Part shown: positions 13,757 through 27,478 of the stretch, one piece after another
How positions within the stretch are numbered: the first letter of the stretch is position 1
Layout: each line of letters starts with the position of its first letter
NCBI RefSeq assembly: GCF_006345805.1
Contig: NC_043008.1
Coordinates: forward strand, 52,018,001-52,082,000
DNA from: Octopus sinensis
Taxonomy: Eukaryota
Length of the DNA stretch: 64,000 bases
Reading direction: 5' to 3'
The notes under the pieces: generated by a model
What the model was told of the DNA's origin: nothing
What the model saw: only the letters and a program-made list of their open reading frames with translations
Database searches by the model: none
Made by a program: the position numbers and the translations under genes

Positions 13757-16047
13757 ACACACAAACACACACATAATTTTTTTTCTAGTTTCAGCCCAGA
13801 GTTGTGGCCATGCTGTAGGCTTAATTTAATATAGGAATGACTCATGTATGTATGTATGCATATAGTTGACTTTCAATTCCCATTTACCTAATCCACTCTT
13901 GAGTCTTTTAAGAGTCTATCATAGAAGACAGCTGCCCATGTGCCACACTGTGGGACTCTTCTTGGGATCACGTGATTGGGAAGCAAATTTCTTAACCACA
14001 CATCCACACCTGCTAATATTATATATTGATGTAAGATGCTTGAGATGACAGCATGGATGAGGAACTTCTCAACTGGATACATCAGTACCTCATTGTTAAA
14101 TACTTGAATCAGTTGCTTTCAGGGTTGATAAAACAATTGCCAGTCAGTTAATGGGGTTGATGTAATCAAATAGTTCCTCCCCTACCAAATTCCAGGAGTT
14201 GTGCCTATATTAGAAAGGATATTATTATTACTGGTGAAACTGTTTGCACACCGGGCAAAATACTTAGTGGCATTTCATCTGTCCTTATGTTGTGAGTTCA
14301 AATTTTGTTGAGGTCAATTTTGCTTTTCATCCTTTTGGGGTCAATAAAATAAGTACTGGTTGAACACTGGGGTTGTTGTAATTGACTTACCTTCTCCCCT
14401 GAAGTTACTGGTCTTGAAACCATTATTTGAAACCATTATTTTTAAGGTGGTGACTAAGCAGAATTGTTACTGTACTGGACAAAATGCTTGGTGGTATTTC
14501 TTCTGACTTTATATTCTGAGTTCAAATTCTGCTGAGGGTAATAAAAATAAGTACTGGTCAAGTACTGGGGTTGATGACAGTGACTTATCTCATCTCTCAA
14601 AAGTTGTTGGCCTTGTGCCAAAATTTGAAACCATTATTATTATTACGATGAGTTGTAGTGATTGGTGGATGATTCTTAGTGAAAACTTATCTCCAGTCAC
14701 AGTTTATTGTGAAAGTATAATGGAGCAAATCCAAACCCGAGAAGCTTTCCAAGCTAATGAAGATTAAAATGCCTATTACAACAAAGACAGTAGTTGTAGG
14801 TGGTGATGGTGGCCTTAGTTATGTGTGAAGAAATTACTACTGACTTTCATGGAATATTTGTAAATCAGCTAAAAATATACTTCACTTATTCTTCATCTAA
14901 TTTATATACTGAATTGTTCTTCTGTTAGTACAGTAGCTAAATGGGAATTTATTTGGTCAAATGAACAATCATGACTTGGCTTGGACACAGTGTAATCACA
15001 AATATAGTATAAGGAATTACAAATATAGAATTAACCCTTTAGCATTGAAACTGACCATATGTGGCCCAAAAATATTCTGTTTTATGTTCAAATTGACCAC
15101 ATTTAGCCTATAATGCCATTCTAAAAATAAACAGTCACCTCATTGAAATCTTGAAGCCGTGAGATAATGTGTGATTAATTCAAAATAATTGAGAAATTAA
15201 GCATTACATTTCACAGAGTAATCTGAATGCTAAAGGTGTTATAGAGAGGAATGAAGGAAAGAAGCAAGAAGGGATATAAAGGGAGAAAATGAAAGACCAA
15301 AGTAATAACTTTAGGATTGGTAAGATGGAGGTGCCAGGCCTTCTACAGAGGTTGGTAAACAAAGCCTAGATTAGAATAAACTGTTCCCACAGTCTTTAAA
15401 CCCTTTTGGTACCAACCCTCCTAAGACCACCATCCACTTGTTCTCTGATACAAACTTCCTGTCTGAAAGTGGTCTAAATTCAAACCTTCCTTCAAAATCT
15501 CCTGTTAACCCTTTTGCTTCCAACATGAAACTGCCCCTAATTCTATGATAGAAACTTCTGGTTTAAAGAGATCTAAATTAAAGCCTTCCATCAAAATTTC
15601 AATTTTATTTATGTTCCACACACCAGAAGAAATTATAAAAAAAAATTTTTTTTATTATTTTCAAAATGCATTCACAGAAGGGGGTGGCATTTCAGCAGAA
15701 CTATGGCTACAAAACACTTAAACAGACATATTTCTTTATGAAGCCAAGCTTCTTTCTGATTGACATTGATTAGATAGGTTTTGCTTTAATGTTGCAGTTT
15801 CAGGTTGCATAGTGTGCCACATGGTTCTAGAGTCAAGACATAGTCACCTTATCAATGGCATAGTTAAGAATTTTACACTATGCAAGGACACCGCCTTTAG
15901 TCGAGCAAATCGACCCCAGGACTTATTCTTTGTAAGCCCAGTACTTATTCTATCTCTTTTGCCGAACCGCTAATGGACGGGGACGTAAACACACCAGCAT
16001 CGGTTGTCAAGCAATGCTAGGGGGACAAACACACACACACATATATA

Positions 16048-17540
16048 TTATATATATATATACATATTGAAGGCCTGTTGAGGCAAGTGTGAAAATCAAA
16101 TCAAATCAAAACAAATCAAAATAGATGAACATCAATGGAATTGTATCTTGTGGTACCAGTGCCGGTGGCACACAAGAGAAAAACCATCCGAAAGTGGCCG
16201 TAGCCAGTACCGCATCGACTGGCCTCCGTGCTGTGGGCACATGACAAACACCATCCGATCGTGGCCGTTCGCCAGCCTCATCTAGCACCTGTGTCGGTGG
16301 CACATAAAAACACCATCCGAAGACCCGGCAAGACTAGTCAGGCCATAACCCATGGCCCCTACCTGGGACGTAGTCAGTCCACCTGTGCATACCTTCCTTT
16401 TGTGACACTTGTGAAGACCTGTTGAGGCAAGTGAAAATCAAAGCAAATCAAAATAGATGAACATCAATGGAATCTGTATCTTGTGGTACCAGTGCGGTGG
16501 CACACAAGAGAACCATCCGAACGTGGCCGTAGCCAGTTCCGCATCGACCGGCCTCCGTGCTGTGGGCACGTAACAAACACCATCCGATCATGGCTGTTCG
16601 CCAGCCTCATCTGGCACCTGTGTCGGTGGCACATAAAAACACCTCCGAAGACCGGCAAGACTAGTCAGTCCACCTGTGCATACCTTCCTTCTTGTGACAC
16701 TTGTGAAGACCGGTTGAGGCAAGTGAAAATCAAATCAAATCAAAATAGACAAAATAGATGAACATCAATGGAATTTGTATCTTGTGGTACCAGTGCCTGT
16801 GGCACACAAGAAATCAATCAGTGCTGTAGTCAGTGCGGTGGGCACATGACAAACACCATCCAATCGTGGCCGTTCGCCAGCCTCATCTAGCACCTGGTCG
16901 GTGGCACATAAAAACACCATCCGAAGACCCGGCAAGACTAGTCAGGCCATAACCCATGGCCCCTACCTGGGACGTAGTCAGTCCACCTGTGCATACCTTC
17001 TTCTTGTGACACTTGTGAAGACCTGTGAGGCAAGTGAAAATCAAAACAAATCAAAATAGATGAAATCAATGGAATTTGTATCTTGTGGTACCAGTGCCGG
17101 TGGCACGTGGCACATAAGAAAACATCCGAACATGGCCGTAGCCAGTACCGCATCGACTGGCCTCCGTGCTGTGGGCACGTAACAAGACCATCCGATCGTG
17201 GCCGTTTGCCAGCCTCATCTGGCACCTGTGTCGGTGGCACATAAAAACACCATCCGAGCGTGGCCGTCTGCCAGCCTCGTCTGGCACCTGTGTCGGTGGC
17301 ACATAAAAACACCATCCGAGCGTGGCCGTCTGCCAGCCTCGTCTGGCACCTGTGTCGGTGGCACATAAAATCACCCACTACACTCTCGGAGTGGTTGGCG
17401 TTAGGAAGGGCATCCAGCTGTAGAAACACTGCCAGATCTGACTGGACTGGTGCAGCTCTCGGGCTCCCCAGACCCCAGTTGAACCGTCCAACCCATGCTA
17501 GCATGGAAAGCGGACGTTAAATGATGATGATGATGATGAT
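16048..17540 (+). mobile_element. RTE 3' end with a ~300-345 bp segment amplified about 4x in tandem, ending in the (ATG)n tail; inserted inside a SINE
   Basis: Recurrent unit gaagacctgttgaggcaagtgaaaatcaaatcaaa...ggtaccagtgccggtggcac...aacaccatccga|agacccggcaagactagtcag, then GGTTGGCGTTAGGAAGGGCATCCAGC...CCATGCTAGCATGG...(ATG)n. The two halves of one minus-strand SINE flank it (about 15885-16047 and 17541-17706). Confidence 0.85.
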
Positions 17541-18330
17541 ACGACGGGCTTCTTTCAGTTTCCGTCTACCAAATCCAGTCACAAGGCATTGGTCGGCCCG
17601 GGGCTATAGCAGAAGACGCTTGCCCAAGATGCCACGCAGTGGGACTGAACCCAGAACCATGTGATTGGTTAGCAAGCTACTTACCACACAGCCACTCCTG
17701 CGCCTATGTACTTAGATTACTAACAACTAGTATAGGTGAATGTGATGAGTCTAAATCTACAACCTAGTTTCGTTTTTCAGCTGAAGGTATTTCACATCAC
17801 TAAGGTTATTGATATCACCAAGGAAAACATGAATACCACAGTTTCATTTCCCCTTCATTGTTGATTTGTTTATGCAAAAAGTAATCAGATGAATGATGTC
17901 ACTAAGGAGCCCTTTCACTTATGGATAACCCTGAGTTTCTGCTGTCAGAAATTAAATTTACCCCATTAGTTGCAGGCCTGGGTTATTTTTTTTCATTTTT
18001 AATAATTTTTTTTTTGGTTTAGAACTGGCAATTAGCTATGCATGTGTATCTCTCCCTTCTACATCACCAATGATTGTCATCAGAAACATCATTATTTTGA
18101 TGTCCACTTTTTTCCCATGGGCCAGATGGAATTGGTTGAGGTAGGATTTTCTATGACTGGATGCCTTTCCTATTGCCAAGCCTTGCTTGTTTCTAAGTAA
18201 GATAATATTTTCTCATGACCAGACATGTTTTTCATGGCATACTACCAATGAAGGATGATGCTTTCATGACAGTGACCCTCATTTACACACACACACACAC
18301 ACACGAATACATATATACACAAATATATAT

Positions 18331-18727
18331 ACTCTTACTCTTTTACTTGTTTCAGTCATTTGACTGCGGCCATGCTGGAGCACCACCTTTAATCGAGCAA
18401 CTCGACCCCGGGACTTATTCTTTTGTAAGCCCAGTACTTATTCTATCGGTCTCTTTTGCCGAACCGCTAAGTAACGGGGACATAAACACACCAGCATCGG
18501 TTGTCAAGCAATGCTAGGGGAACAAACACAGACACACAAACACACACACGCATATACATATATACGACGGGCTTCTTTCAGTTTCCGTCTACCAAATCCA
18601 CTCACAAGGCTTTGGTCGGCCCGAGGCTATAGTAGAAGACACTTGCCCAAGGTGCCACGCAGTGGGACTGAACCCGGAACCATGTGGCTGGTAAACAAGC
18701 TACTTACCACACAGCCACTCCTGCGCC
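18331..18727 (-). mobile_element. Young SINE family A1 (older A-type copies at about 2890-3050, 5630-5770, 11985-12210, 19870-20270, 40490-40870, 43120-43490, 45470-45830)
   Basis: Same head, core and tail as 31186-31584. Confidence 0.9.
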
Positions 18728-19106
18728 TCTATATGTTAGGTTTCTTTCAGTTTCTGTTAACCAGTTGTAATCATAAGACTTTGGTTGGCCTGGGGCTGCA
18801 GTAGAAAACACTCATGGTAGGACTGGATCCAAGACCAATTCTTACCATGCAGTAAAGCTTGCACCTACAAGATGTTCTAAAGAAAGGCAAGGCTAATGCA
18901 GCTTGGCACTGGTGATATCATTATTATGAGTGGAAGCAGGTGAGGGTTGGCATCAGAAAGGGCATGCTAAGAAACTCACTTTTCAACCATGTAGTTTTAG
19001 GTTTACTTCCACTGTACAGCACCTTGGGTAAGTGTCTTCCACTAGCCCACTAGGCTGACCAATATCTTGTGACTGAATTTGGTTAATGGAATCTGCAAAA
19101 TCCTGT

Positions 19107-19175
<69 letters not shown>

Positions 19176-20909
19176 GTTTGTCCATCTTTCTGTCTGTGCT
19201 TGTATTTCCCCCTTCCTCACTGCTTGACAACCAGTGTTGGTTTTTATTTATGTCTCCATAACTAAGTACCTTGGTAGAAGAGACCAAAAGAATAAGTACC
19301 AGACTTAAGAAAAAGAAGTACTGATGTCAGTTTATTCAGCTGAAGCTCTTCAAAGTGGTACCCCAGCATATGAAAGACAAGCAAGAAAGAAAGATTAAAA
19401 CTGAAGGCATAGATTAAATTTTCAGCAAGTAATAAAACAAAGCCATTTCTGCATGGCTGGAGTAGTTAAAATTGTACTTAGTTTAGTGCACAGGCTGCAA
19501 AGATAACAAAAAAGAAAAGAAATGTTACTGTGCAGGCCAAATGAACTTGAGGTATTTTTTGGTAGCTTCAGTGCTGCTTGACACAGCTGGAGGCAGTGAT
19601 ATTGTTAGAAGATGCCAAAATTACTTCAGTCTTTTGGGAGAAGCTGGCTGTGTCCTGCAGTGCAAGCTGTATGTAAAATATAAAACAAATCAGCTTCACC
19701 AAGAAAAAGAAAAACCCACATCAACTAAAAGATCAATGTGTCTGTCTTTGATTCCTGATATCAATGTAATCAGCTCACTTATTTGTATAATACAATAATT
19801 TTTGAGAATGTTAGCAAAGTATTACTTTGTTATTGATAATCATTTAGTTATTTCTTTTTCTGTTTGGATTTTATATTTCAAAGATAGGTGCAGGCATGGC
19901 TGTTTGGTTTAAGAAGCTCACTTGGCAACCATGTGGTTTCTCATTTAGTCCAACTGTGCTGTACCTTGGGCAAGTGGCTTTGGCTGTAGCCTTCAGGCTG
20001 ACCAATACCTTGTAAGTGAACTTGGTAGTCAGAAACTGTGCAGATGCCCATCGTGTGTGTTTGTTTGTTTGTCCCTCCACTACTTAGCAACTGGTGATGG
20101 TTTGTTTATATCCCTGTAATTTAGTGATTTGGCAATAAAGACCAATAGAATAAGTACCGAGCTTAAAGAAATAAGTACTGGAATCGATTTATTTGACTAA
20201 TCCCTTCAAGGCAGTGCTTCAGCATGGCCACAGTTAAATGACTGAAACAAGTAAAAGATAAAATGATATTTTGAATGTTGCATTTTAAACCAATGACAAA
20301 TTTCTGATTAGTAAATTTCAAAATATATAATTTCTCAGTTTTTACCAACTCAGATATTCATGGTACTCTGAGTATTTCTGTTTTGTATCCTGCAAATTCA
20401 AATTCTTTATTGCAATAGATTAAAAAGCAGTGATTTTAGTAAGAAATTAATGCGTTTTGAACACATGGCCTTGTAGTTAGGGGACAGTGTATTATGTCCT
20501 TGAGCAGACCAACTTAATTTCTTGTTACCATCCTAGTGCTGGTACAGTCCTCTCTTTCTTCCAGTTTTCTCATCCTTGGTGTTGCACTGAGCTGAGAGTG
20601 TCTGTTTGTAATTACCCAGACACCTAAAATAACTAGTGAAAATTAACTCTGTGGTTAAGGGGCATGCTTCTCAACCATGTGGCCTTTGTTCTGTCCTTTA
20701 TGTGTGACACCTTTGGCAAGTGTCTTCTATTATAGCCCTGGGCTGACCAAACCCTTGTAAGTGAATTTGGTCTGTGGAAACTGAAAGAAACCTGTCGTGT
20801 GCATGTGTGTTTGTGTTTGTTCCCCATCACTACTTGACAAATGGTGTTGGTTTGTTTATATCCCCATTATTTAGTGGTTTGGTAAAAGAGACTGATAAAA
20901 TAGGTTCCA

Positions 20910-21824
20910 GCTGTGTGAATAGGTGCATTATCATCCTGAAAGATTGTGTTTCCATTATTTTGTTCGGCAACCATAGGATGAATTTGATCAGATAAAATGC
21001 TTAAATAGTCTTGACTGTTAATTCTGCCATGAAGGGAAACCATTGTGTCAGGGGATTTCCAAGATATAGCCCCCTGCCATAGATCATCACAGATCCTCCT
21101 CCATGTTTTACAGTTGGAAGAAGGCAGTCTAGGTCAAATGCTTCTTTTGGCTGTCTACACATGTATACTCAGCCGGTGGTTGAAAATAAGATAAAGGATG
21201 ACTTGTCTGAGAAATTAACATTCTTCCACTGCTCTAGGGACCAATTCTGTAGGTTTTTACTCCACTCGAAACACTTTGCAACGTTTGTTTTTGAAAGTAG
21301 TGGTTTTCTGATTGCAGCCCTCCCCTGAAATCCAGCTTTGTGCAGTGCCAGGCGAACAGTTTTTGTGAAAACTGGGTTCTCGAGGTGGTCATTAAGCACT
21401 GCAGTAATTTTGGGAGCTGTACTTTTGTGATCCTTTCTAACAATTCACGTAAGAGTCTGACAGTCCCTATCTGAAAGTTTTGGCTTTGACAAAGAGGGTT
21501 TTCCTTCTTTCTCAAAGGCTGTCATTACTTTCGAGACAGTACTTCTTGATACACCAAACATTTCGGCTGTTTTCGTTGTGCTAGCGCCTGCCATACAACC
21601 ACCAACAATTTGACCTCTTTGAAAGTCTGATAGATCTGTCATTTTAATGAATTTTAATCACCTTTTTCTGATGATATCTGAAAAGAAACAGAGATTTTAG
21701 CAAAACATATTAAGCAACACTAAAAATAAAAAAAAACAACATAAAAATGAACAAGCTTTTGATGGTTTTATAGATATTTCAAAATTATGATGCTATGTGT
21801 TTCCATTATTTTGTCCACCCCCTG
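20910..21824 (-). mobile_element. Tc1-family transposon remnant with one TIR
   Basis: MTDLSDFQRGQIVG...AEMFGVSRSTVSKV, KTVRLALHKAGFQGRAAIRKPLLS...WKNVNFSDKSSF, FQDDNAPIHT. TIR (reverse complement) TA|CAGGGGGTGGACAAAATAATGGAAAC ending at 21824. Confidence 0.9.
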
Positions 21825-21826
21825 TA

Positions 21827-22939
21827 TTTACCAAAATTACATAGAATATCTTGAAATACTAAAGAGTAAATTTATTCAATAAAATTGCCATTGACTTTAA
21901 CTATGGCCTTCAGACGACTTTTGAATCTCCTGCAACTCTTCTGGATGGTCTCCTTTTAAGCTGGTGAATGCTGCCATAATCCTTGCCTTCAGTTCATTTT
22001 TGATGTTACAAGAATTTTGTTGGTCTCTTGTTCAACTGCACCCCACACATAATAATCAAGGGGGTTGCAGTCTAGGGTGTTAGGTGGCCAGATGTTAGGG
22101 GTGATGCGGTTGCAGAAATTATCTGACAGCCATAACTGGGTTCTCCTGCTGTTACCAGACATAGGGTCTTCCAGCTGCCACCCTCTTGATCCAGAGTAGC
22201 ATTACCTCCTTCAGGTACTTGATGTAGGCCTCCTTGTTGAGTGTGAGGCCATGTGGGAAGATGAATGGAGGCATCATGTCACCATCAAAACACCGTGATG
22301 TTGACTGGATGTTTGATTTTTATCACTCTCAGTACATGTTTTGGGGACACGGCAAGCCAGTGGTTGTTCATCTGAGAAAAATTTGGTTGGAGGGGATGCT
22401 TGAGTTTGTTCAAAAGCTTCATTACATGGTCTTTTCTCTTGTCCTTGATGGCTTGTGATAAGAATTGGCCCTTCCTCATCTTGTATGAGGAATACCAAAT
22501 GTCTTCATGCTCTACCTGCCTGATAAAAAACTCAGACACTCCCATGGCCTTGAATTGTTCATTGTCAATCATGGCCTGGATCTCACCAACAAATTCAGGA
22601 GTTCTGTTCTTATCAGAATGAGTTTTTCAAGCTGGCATACCTTCATAATCATTATTAGATTCATTCAACTCTTTCTGAATTCTTTGCACTGTCCTCGGAT
22701 TGACATTCAAACACTCTGAAATGTTTATATTGGAGCTTCAAGTTCAAATGCCAAGTTGTTCGAATGCCAGCATGTTGTTTCCAAATATCTGGCAAAGTGA
22801 ATAGCGTCATGGTGCTGTTTTACTCACAGATGGTGCCCAAGTGACCCTACTATACTGTGTAGTCGACAAAATCAAAAACAAACAATGCACGTGTAAAATT
22901 AAAAATATAAAATGGCAAGAATTTACCCATCGCACCCTG
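21827..22939 (-). mobile_element. Degenerate DD37D (maT-like) transposon, left end missing
   Basis: YKMRKGQFLS...LLNKLKHPLQPN, FFSDEQ, KHPVNITVF and DGDMMPPFIFPHGL remnants. Right terminus atttacccatcgcaccctg|TA. Confidence 0.85.
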
Positions 22940-22977
22940 TATGTATATATATATATGTGTGTGTGTGTGTATATATA

Positions 22978-23250
22978 TCATCATTATTTAGCGTCCGCTT
23001 TCCATGCTAGCATGGGTTGGACGGTTCAACTGGGGTCTGGGAAGCCAGAAGGCTGCACCAGGCCCAGTCTGATCTGGCAATGTTTCTACGGCTGGATGCC
23101 CTTCTTAACGCCAACCACTCCATGAGTGTAATGGGTACTTTTTAAGTGCCACCGGCACAGGTGCCAGACGGGGCTGGCAAATGGCCACGGTCGGATGGTG
23201 CTTTTTACGTGCCACCGGCACGAGGGCCAGGCGAGGCTGGCAACGGCCAC
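22978..23250 (-). mobile_element. RTE 3'UTR fragment (related copies at about 10870-11160 +, 41270-41400 -, 47690-47865 +, 52700-53005 +)
   Basis: catcattatttagcgtccgctttccatgctagcatgggttggacgg...ctggatgcccttcttaacgccaaccac, the reverse complement of 17370-17540. Confidence 0.85.
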
Positions 23251-24769
23251 GATTAGATGGTGGTTTTTATATATATATATATAAAAAAAAAATCTGTGTG
23301 TGTATGTATATATAATGTGTGTACTTGTACATGCTTGCCCAAGAACCCAGAAAATTCTATCTTGGTAATAAATATACACTTATGCATTCTAAATCAGAAA
23401 ATGTGTGCATGTGTCTGCTTGTTTTCCTTCAAGTTTTGAAATTAGATTTATATTTACAGAGTTAATTAAATCTAAGTAAATGTTTAGTTAAAACCAAGCT
23501 GACTGATATTCTTAGGCATTTCAACTTTTAACTATTGATTCCTCATCTAAAATATTCTCTTGTTTAATATATTCTCAAGTCGTAGTAGGAAATATTGATT
23601 ATTGCTTTGTGCTGTTTTCACTGTTTGGTTTCCTTTCCACAAAGAAATTAAATAAAACTAAAAAAAAAAAAAATATGAAAAAGAAGCCTTCTTTGGTCAG
23701 TTTCCCTGCTTTAGTGGAAGCTTGCCAAAGAAAGGGAGTCACTAGGAGCCCTATAATAAATCATTATTTCTTCTGTTCTTTCACATAGATAGATGCTAAT
23801 ATTTGCTCCCATTAATCAACTAGTCGGAAGGTATTTTCTGCATGTTAACAGTTAACTGTTTTATCTACTACTGTGTAATATGTAACACTGATAAACGGTT
23901 CTCTTTATCAGAAGAGCTCCCCATCTATCCTGTATAATCAGAAATTTCATCAGTTATCTTTCCTGGTCAGCATCAGTTGGATTGGTTTGCAAATTCTGAC
24001 ATTCACAGAAACTGTTCGTGTTGATGTTTTACAGTGACAGTGGAAGTAAAAAAGGATTCTGGACTTAAATCCTTGCTGAAATTTATGATTGCTGGCACTG
24101 TTGGCATTTGTTTGTGCTTTCTTTGGTTGATAAGTGAAGGTATGTGGCCTAGTATTTAGGATGGTGGCAATTGCGATCTCAAGAGTTTGGTTTCAGTTGT
24201 GCATTATATTCTTCATTTCGCATTGCTCCAGACATACTGAACTATAAATGAGTAGCCCTGTGATAGACTGGCATCCTGTTCAGAGGGAATGTAGTGATCT
24301 TGGTCACTTATACACCATGGAAACCAAATAACCATCCCTATAAGTCCTAGGACTTGAGACACTATGTTTTCTGTTAACGAACCTGTACTGATAATTTATG
24401 GAGGTTGTTTCAAGAAATGCTATTACTTTGTGATAGAAATTGTTTTTATGTGTCAAATATTAAAGATTGCTGTAAGAAGGTTTTTCTTAAGCTAATGATT
24501 CCAATGTAAAAAGTTGAGAGATGACAGACCTTTAGCAAGGTAAATGTTGACCTAATTTTCACCTATGTCAACCATTACAAGTGTATTTTTTGCCAAGGGC
24601 ATAGCAATTTAAGATTGGTTGTGTTTGATGTCGGAAATGGATTTTTATTTATTTTTTTTAAAACTTATACTCAACTTTTAAATTACCTTGATAGTCTGTT
24701 ATTCAATAAACATGAATTGCTGCAGGCTCAGTATCAATACTAAGTGTATCACTGCTATCATCTTCACTA

Positions 24770-24965
24770 CTATCATCGTTATAATTATCATAACCACTAT
24801 ATTACCACCACCACCACCACTTTTATCACACCAGCACTATCACTCATTACCCCTTTTGCTCTATCAACACCACTATTCAGCATCAACCATCACCACCATC
24901 ATCAGCTACAATCAATACCACCATCACTATCATCACCAACTACCACCATCATCACCATCACATCA
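24770..24965. repeat. Degenerate (CAC/CAT)n low-complexity tract
   Basis: Direct. Confidence 0.85.
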
Positions 24966-25794
24966 GTATGTTACTTAACATTTTAAATTGCAAATTTATG
25001 TGATTCTTTTTACATTTTGCTCTTACTTTCAAATACATTAACAACAAAACTTCTTTATGGCCTCATCAATTGCTTTCTTGCATTAATTAATCTACTTTAA
25101 CTCTCTCGTTACTGTATTTCTGTTGAAATATACTACCTTTGTTTCAATTAGTTTTGAAAATAGTGAAGAATTTATTAAAATAACTTTGCTGTTATTAAGC
25201 TGGTGTTTGGTACATAAATTGAAAGGAAATTTTAATGAAGGTTTTAACTTAGCTCACTTTAAAACAAGAAGTTTTTATCATAGAGCTAAGGGTAGTCTCA
25301 AGCAGGTTGGCATCAAGAGGGTCAAACCACATCTTGCTTGTTTCACTACCTTAACCTGTCAAAACAAACATCCATATATTTTTTATTCTGAAGAATTTTT
25401 TTAACCATTTACTGAAGGACAGCTGGGTTGCACCATTTCTTTTTCTCTTTCTCTCTCTCTCTCTCTCTCTCACTCTGTTTTATAGGACCCCTGTGTCTAG
25501 TGGTATGAACTGACCATTATCCTTGAACTGGGGTCTGGACCCAAATACTTGCAATAGTGGGATTTCATTTGAAGGCACTTAAGGACCAGATTAAAGATTA
25601 GATGTACCTCACTAGAACTCAAAATGCATAGAGTTGGAACAGATACCAGTAATTCGTCATCCTGGACTAGAACTTTCATTTTCCCAATCCTGAGAGGATA
25701 GAAGGCAAAGTTGACCTTGGTGAGATTTGAACTCACAGTGCAGGGATCCAAAACAAACATCACAAAGCACTTTATCTTACACTCTTACCTACGG

Positions 25795-26170
25795 CATTGG
25801 CATGGCTGTTTGATAAGACATTTGCTTTCCAATTCCATAGTTTTGGGTTTAGTCCCATTGCATGGCATTTGGGGCAAGTGTTTTCTACAACAGTCCAAGG
25901 CTGACTGAAGCCTTGTGAGTGGATTTGGTTGGAAGAAACTGAAGGAAGTCCATTGCGTGCATGTGTGTGTGTCTGGACATCACACGACAGTAAATGAGTG
26001 TCACTGTCGCACAAGCAGTGTAATTCATTTCAAGAACATGTCTGACCATGAGGAAAAGTAACATTGCTTGGAAACAGGTGAGGGTTGGTGACAAGAAGGG
26101 CATCTGGCTTTAAAAATTTCTGCCTCAGTAAACTCCATCTGACCCATTCAACATTAAAATGATGATGATC
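25795..26170 (+). mobile_element. SINE family A2: A-type head/core with an RTE-like 3' tail (also about 7160-7575, 43870-44215, 45060-45440, 46430-46730)
   Basis: A-type head and core followed by ggaaacaggtgagggttggtgacaagaagggcatctggct...ctgaccca...ttaaaatgatgatgat. Confidence 0.7.
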
Positions 26171-27366
26171 TCTGCCAATTAACTTAGACCTAAGAAATTC
26201 AATAATTGCCCTATTAAACTCTATATTTATATCACTCAAAAATTACATATAAATACACTCTACAAATTAATGTGAGGGTGTTATATTTTTCACTGGTTTA
26301 AGAGCATTGTATCCACCTTCTCCACTTCTCCCACTCCACATAAGACATTATTAATACAAATTACCAACAGCCAAGAAGCTTGTATTACTACTACAATTAT
26401 ATATGCTACTAGATGACTGTCTCCTCGTGTAATGTGATGATTCTAATGACATTTTCAATTTATTAGTAATAACTATAGCCAGCACTTGGATAATCAGCTT
26501 GAGGAGTGCTAATTTCTTTACATAGTTCCATACAAAATCTTTCAGATTTTTTTTTAATGATAATTTTAATTTAAGCATTAAAAAAGATTGATTTATTTTC
26601 TTTGAGTTCACTTTGAAATAAAAGTTGTTTTGAAAATTTGCTATTTACTGTTCCCATAAAATTTGTCTGTGTGTGTGTGTGTGTGTGTGTGTCCCCCAAT
26701 GGGTGTTACTATTATCATTGCTAAACTCTATGCAGATCAAATTTGAATTGCAAGTTGGATCAAACTAATCAAACTATTGTATCTTATTCTGCCCATGTCT
26801 TTAGAGAAGGCATGAACATCACAACTCATCCATCCTACTTAATCATTTATTGGGAGTTACCACTCATTGAGGTAGGTTAGTCAATTGATTTTATAGCATT
26901 TGTTCATAGATTATGTAAATATTTATAAGGTTGGTGGTTGATGAGTGTTGAGGAAAATACCTTGTGGTGATAGTTTCAATACTTTGTTTTAAGTTCAATC
27001 CCACTAAGATCTACTTTGCCTTTTTCAGCCTTTTGAGGGCCGATAAAATAAAGTGCCAGTCAAGCGCTAAGGGTCAATATAACTGACCATCACCCTGTCA
27101 TATCCTTATTCCTAATTTCCAACCTTATGTCACACATATTCGCTTGCTTTCTTCCAAAAATTTAATGCCCTTAGTTTAGATTTTTGGGGCCTACCAATTT
27201 TGAACAGTTCCAAGTGTAACAAGCCAAAACTGTAATGATGATTGGAAGCTTGACTGATGAATAGAAAACCACAAATGTTCCGTACTGATTTCCTGTCTGT
27301 CTTTTTTTTAATTATTTATATATACATTTTGCAGTGTACGTACACTTTTTACTCAGCTTGTAAGTT

Positions 27367-27397
<31 letters not shown>

Positions 27398-27478
27398 TAT
27401 ATAATAAAACAAATAGATGTTTCACGGTATCATTTCTGTAGTGTGTTTATTCAAAATTTTTGTGGTGGATCCCTCTAA

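Noticed and set aside
16048-17380. Regularly spaced repeats suggestive of a CRISPR array, and ORFs 16938-17504 etc.
   Set aside because: Whole units repeat (no unique spacers), there are no cas genes, the context is eukaryotic, and the sequence is RTE 3'UTR-derived.
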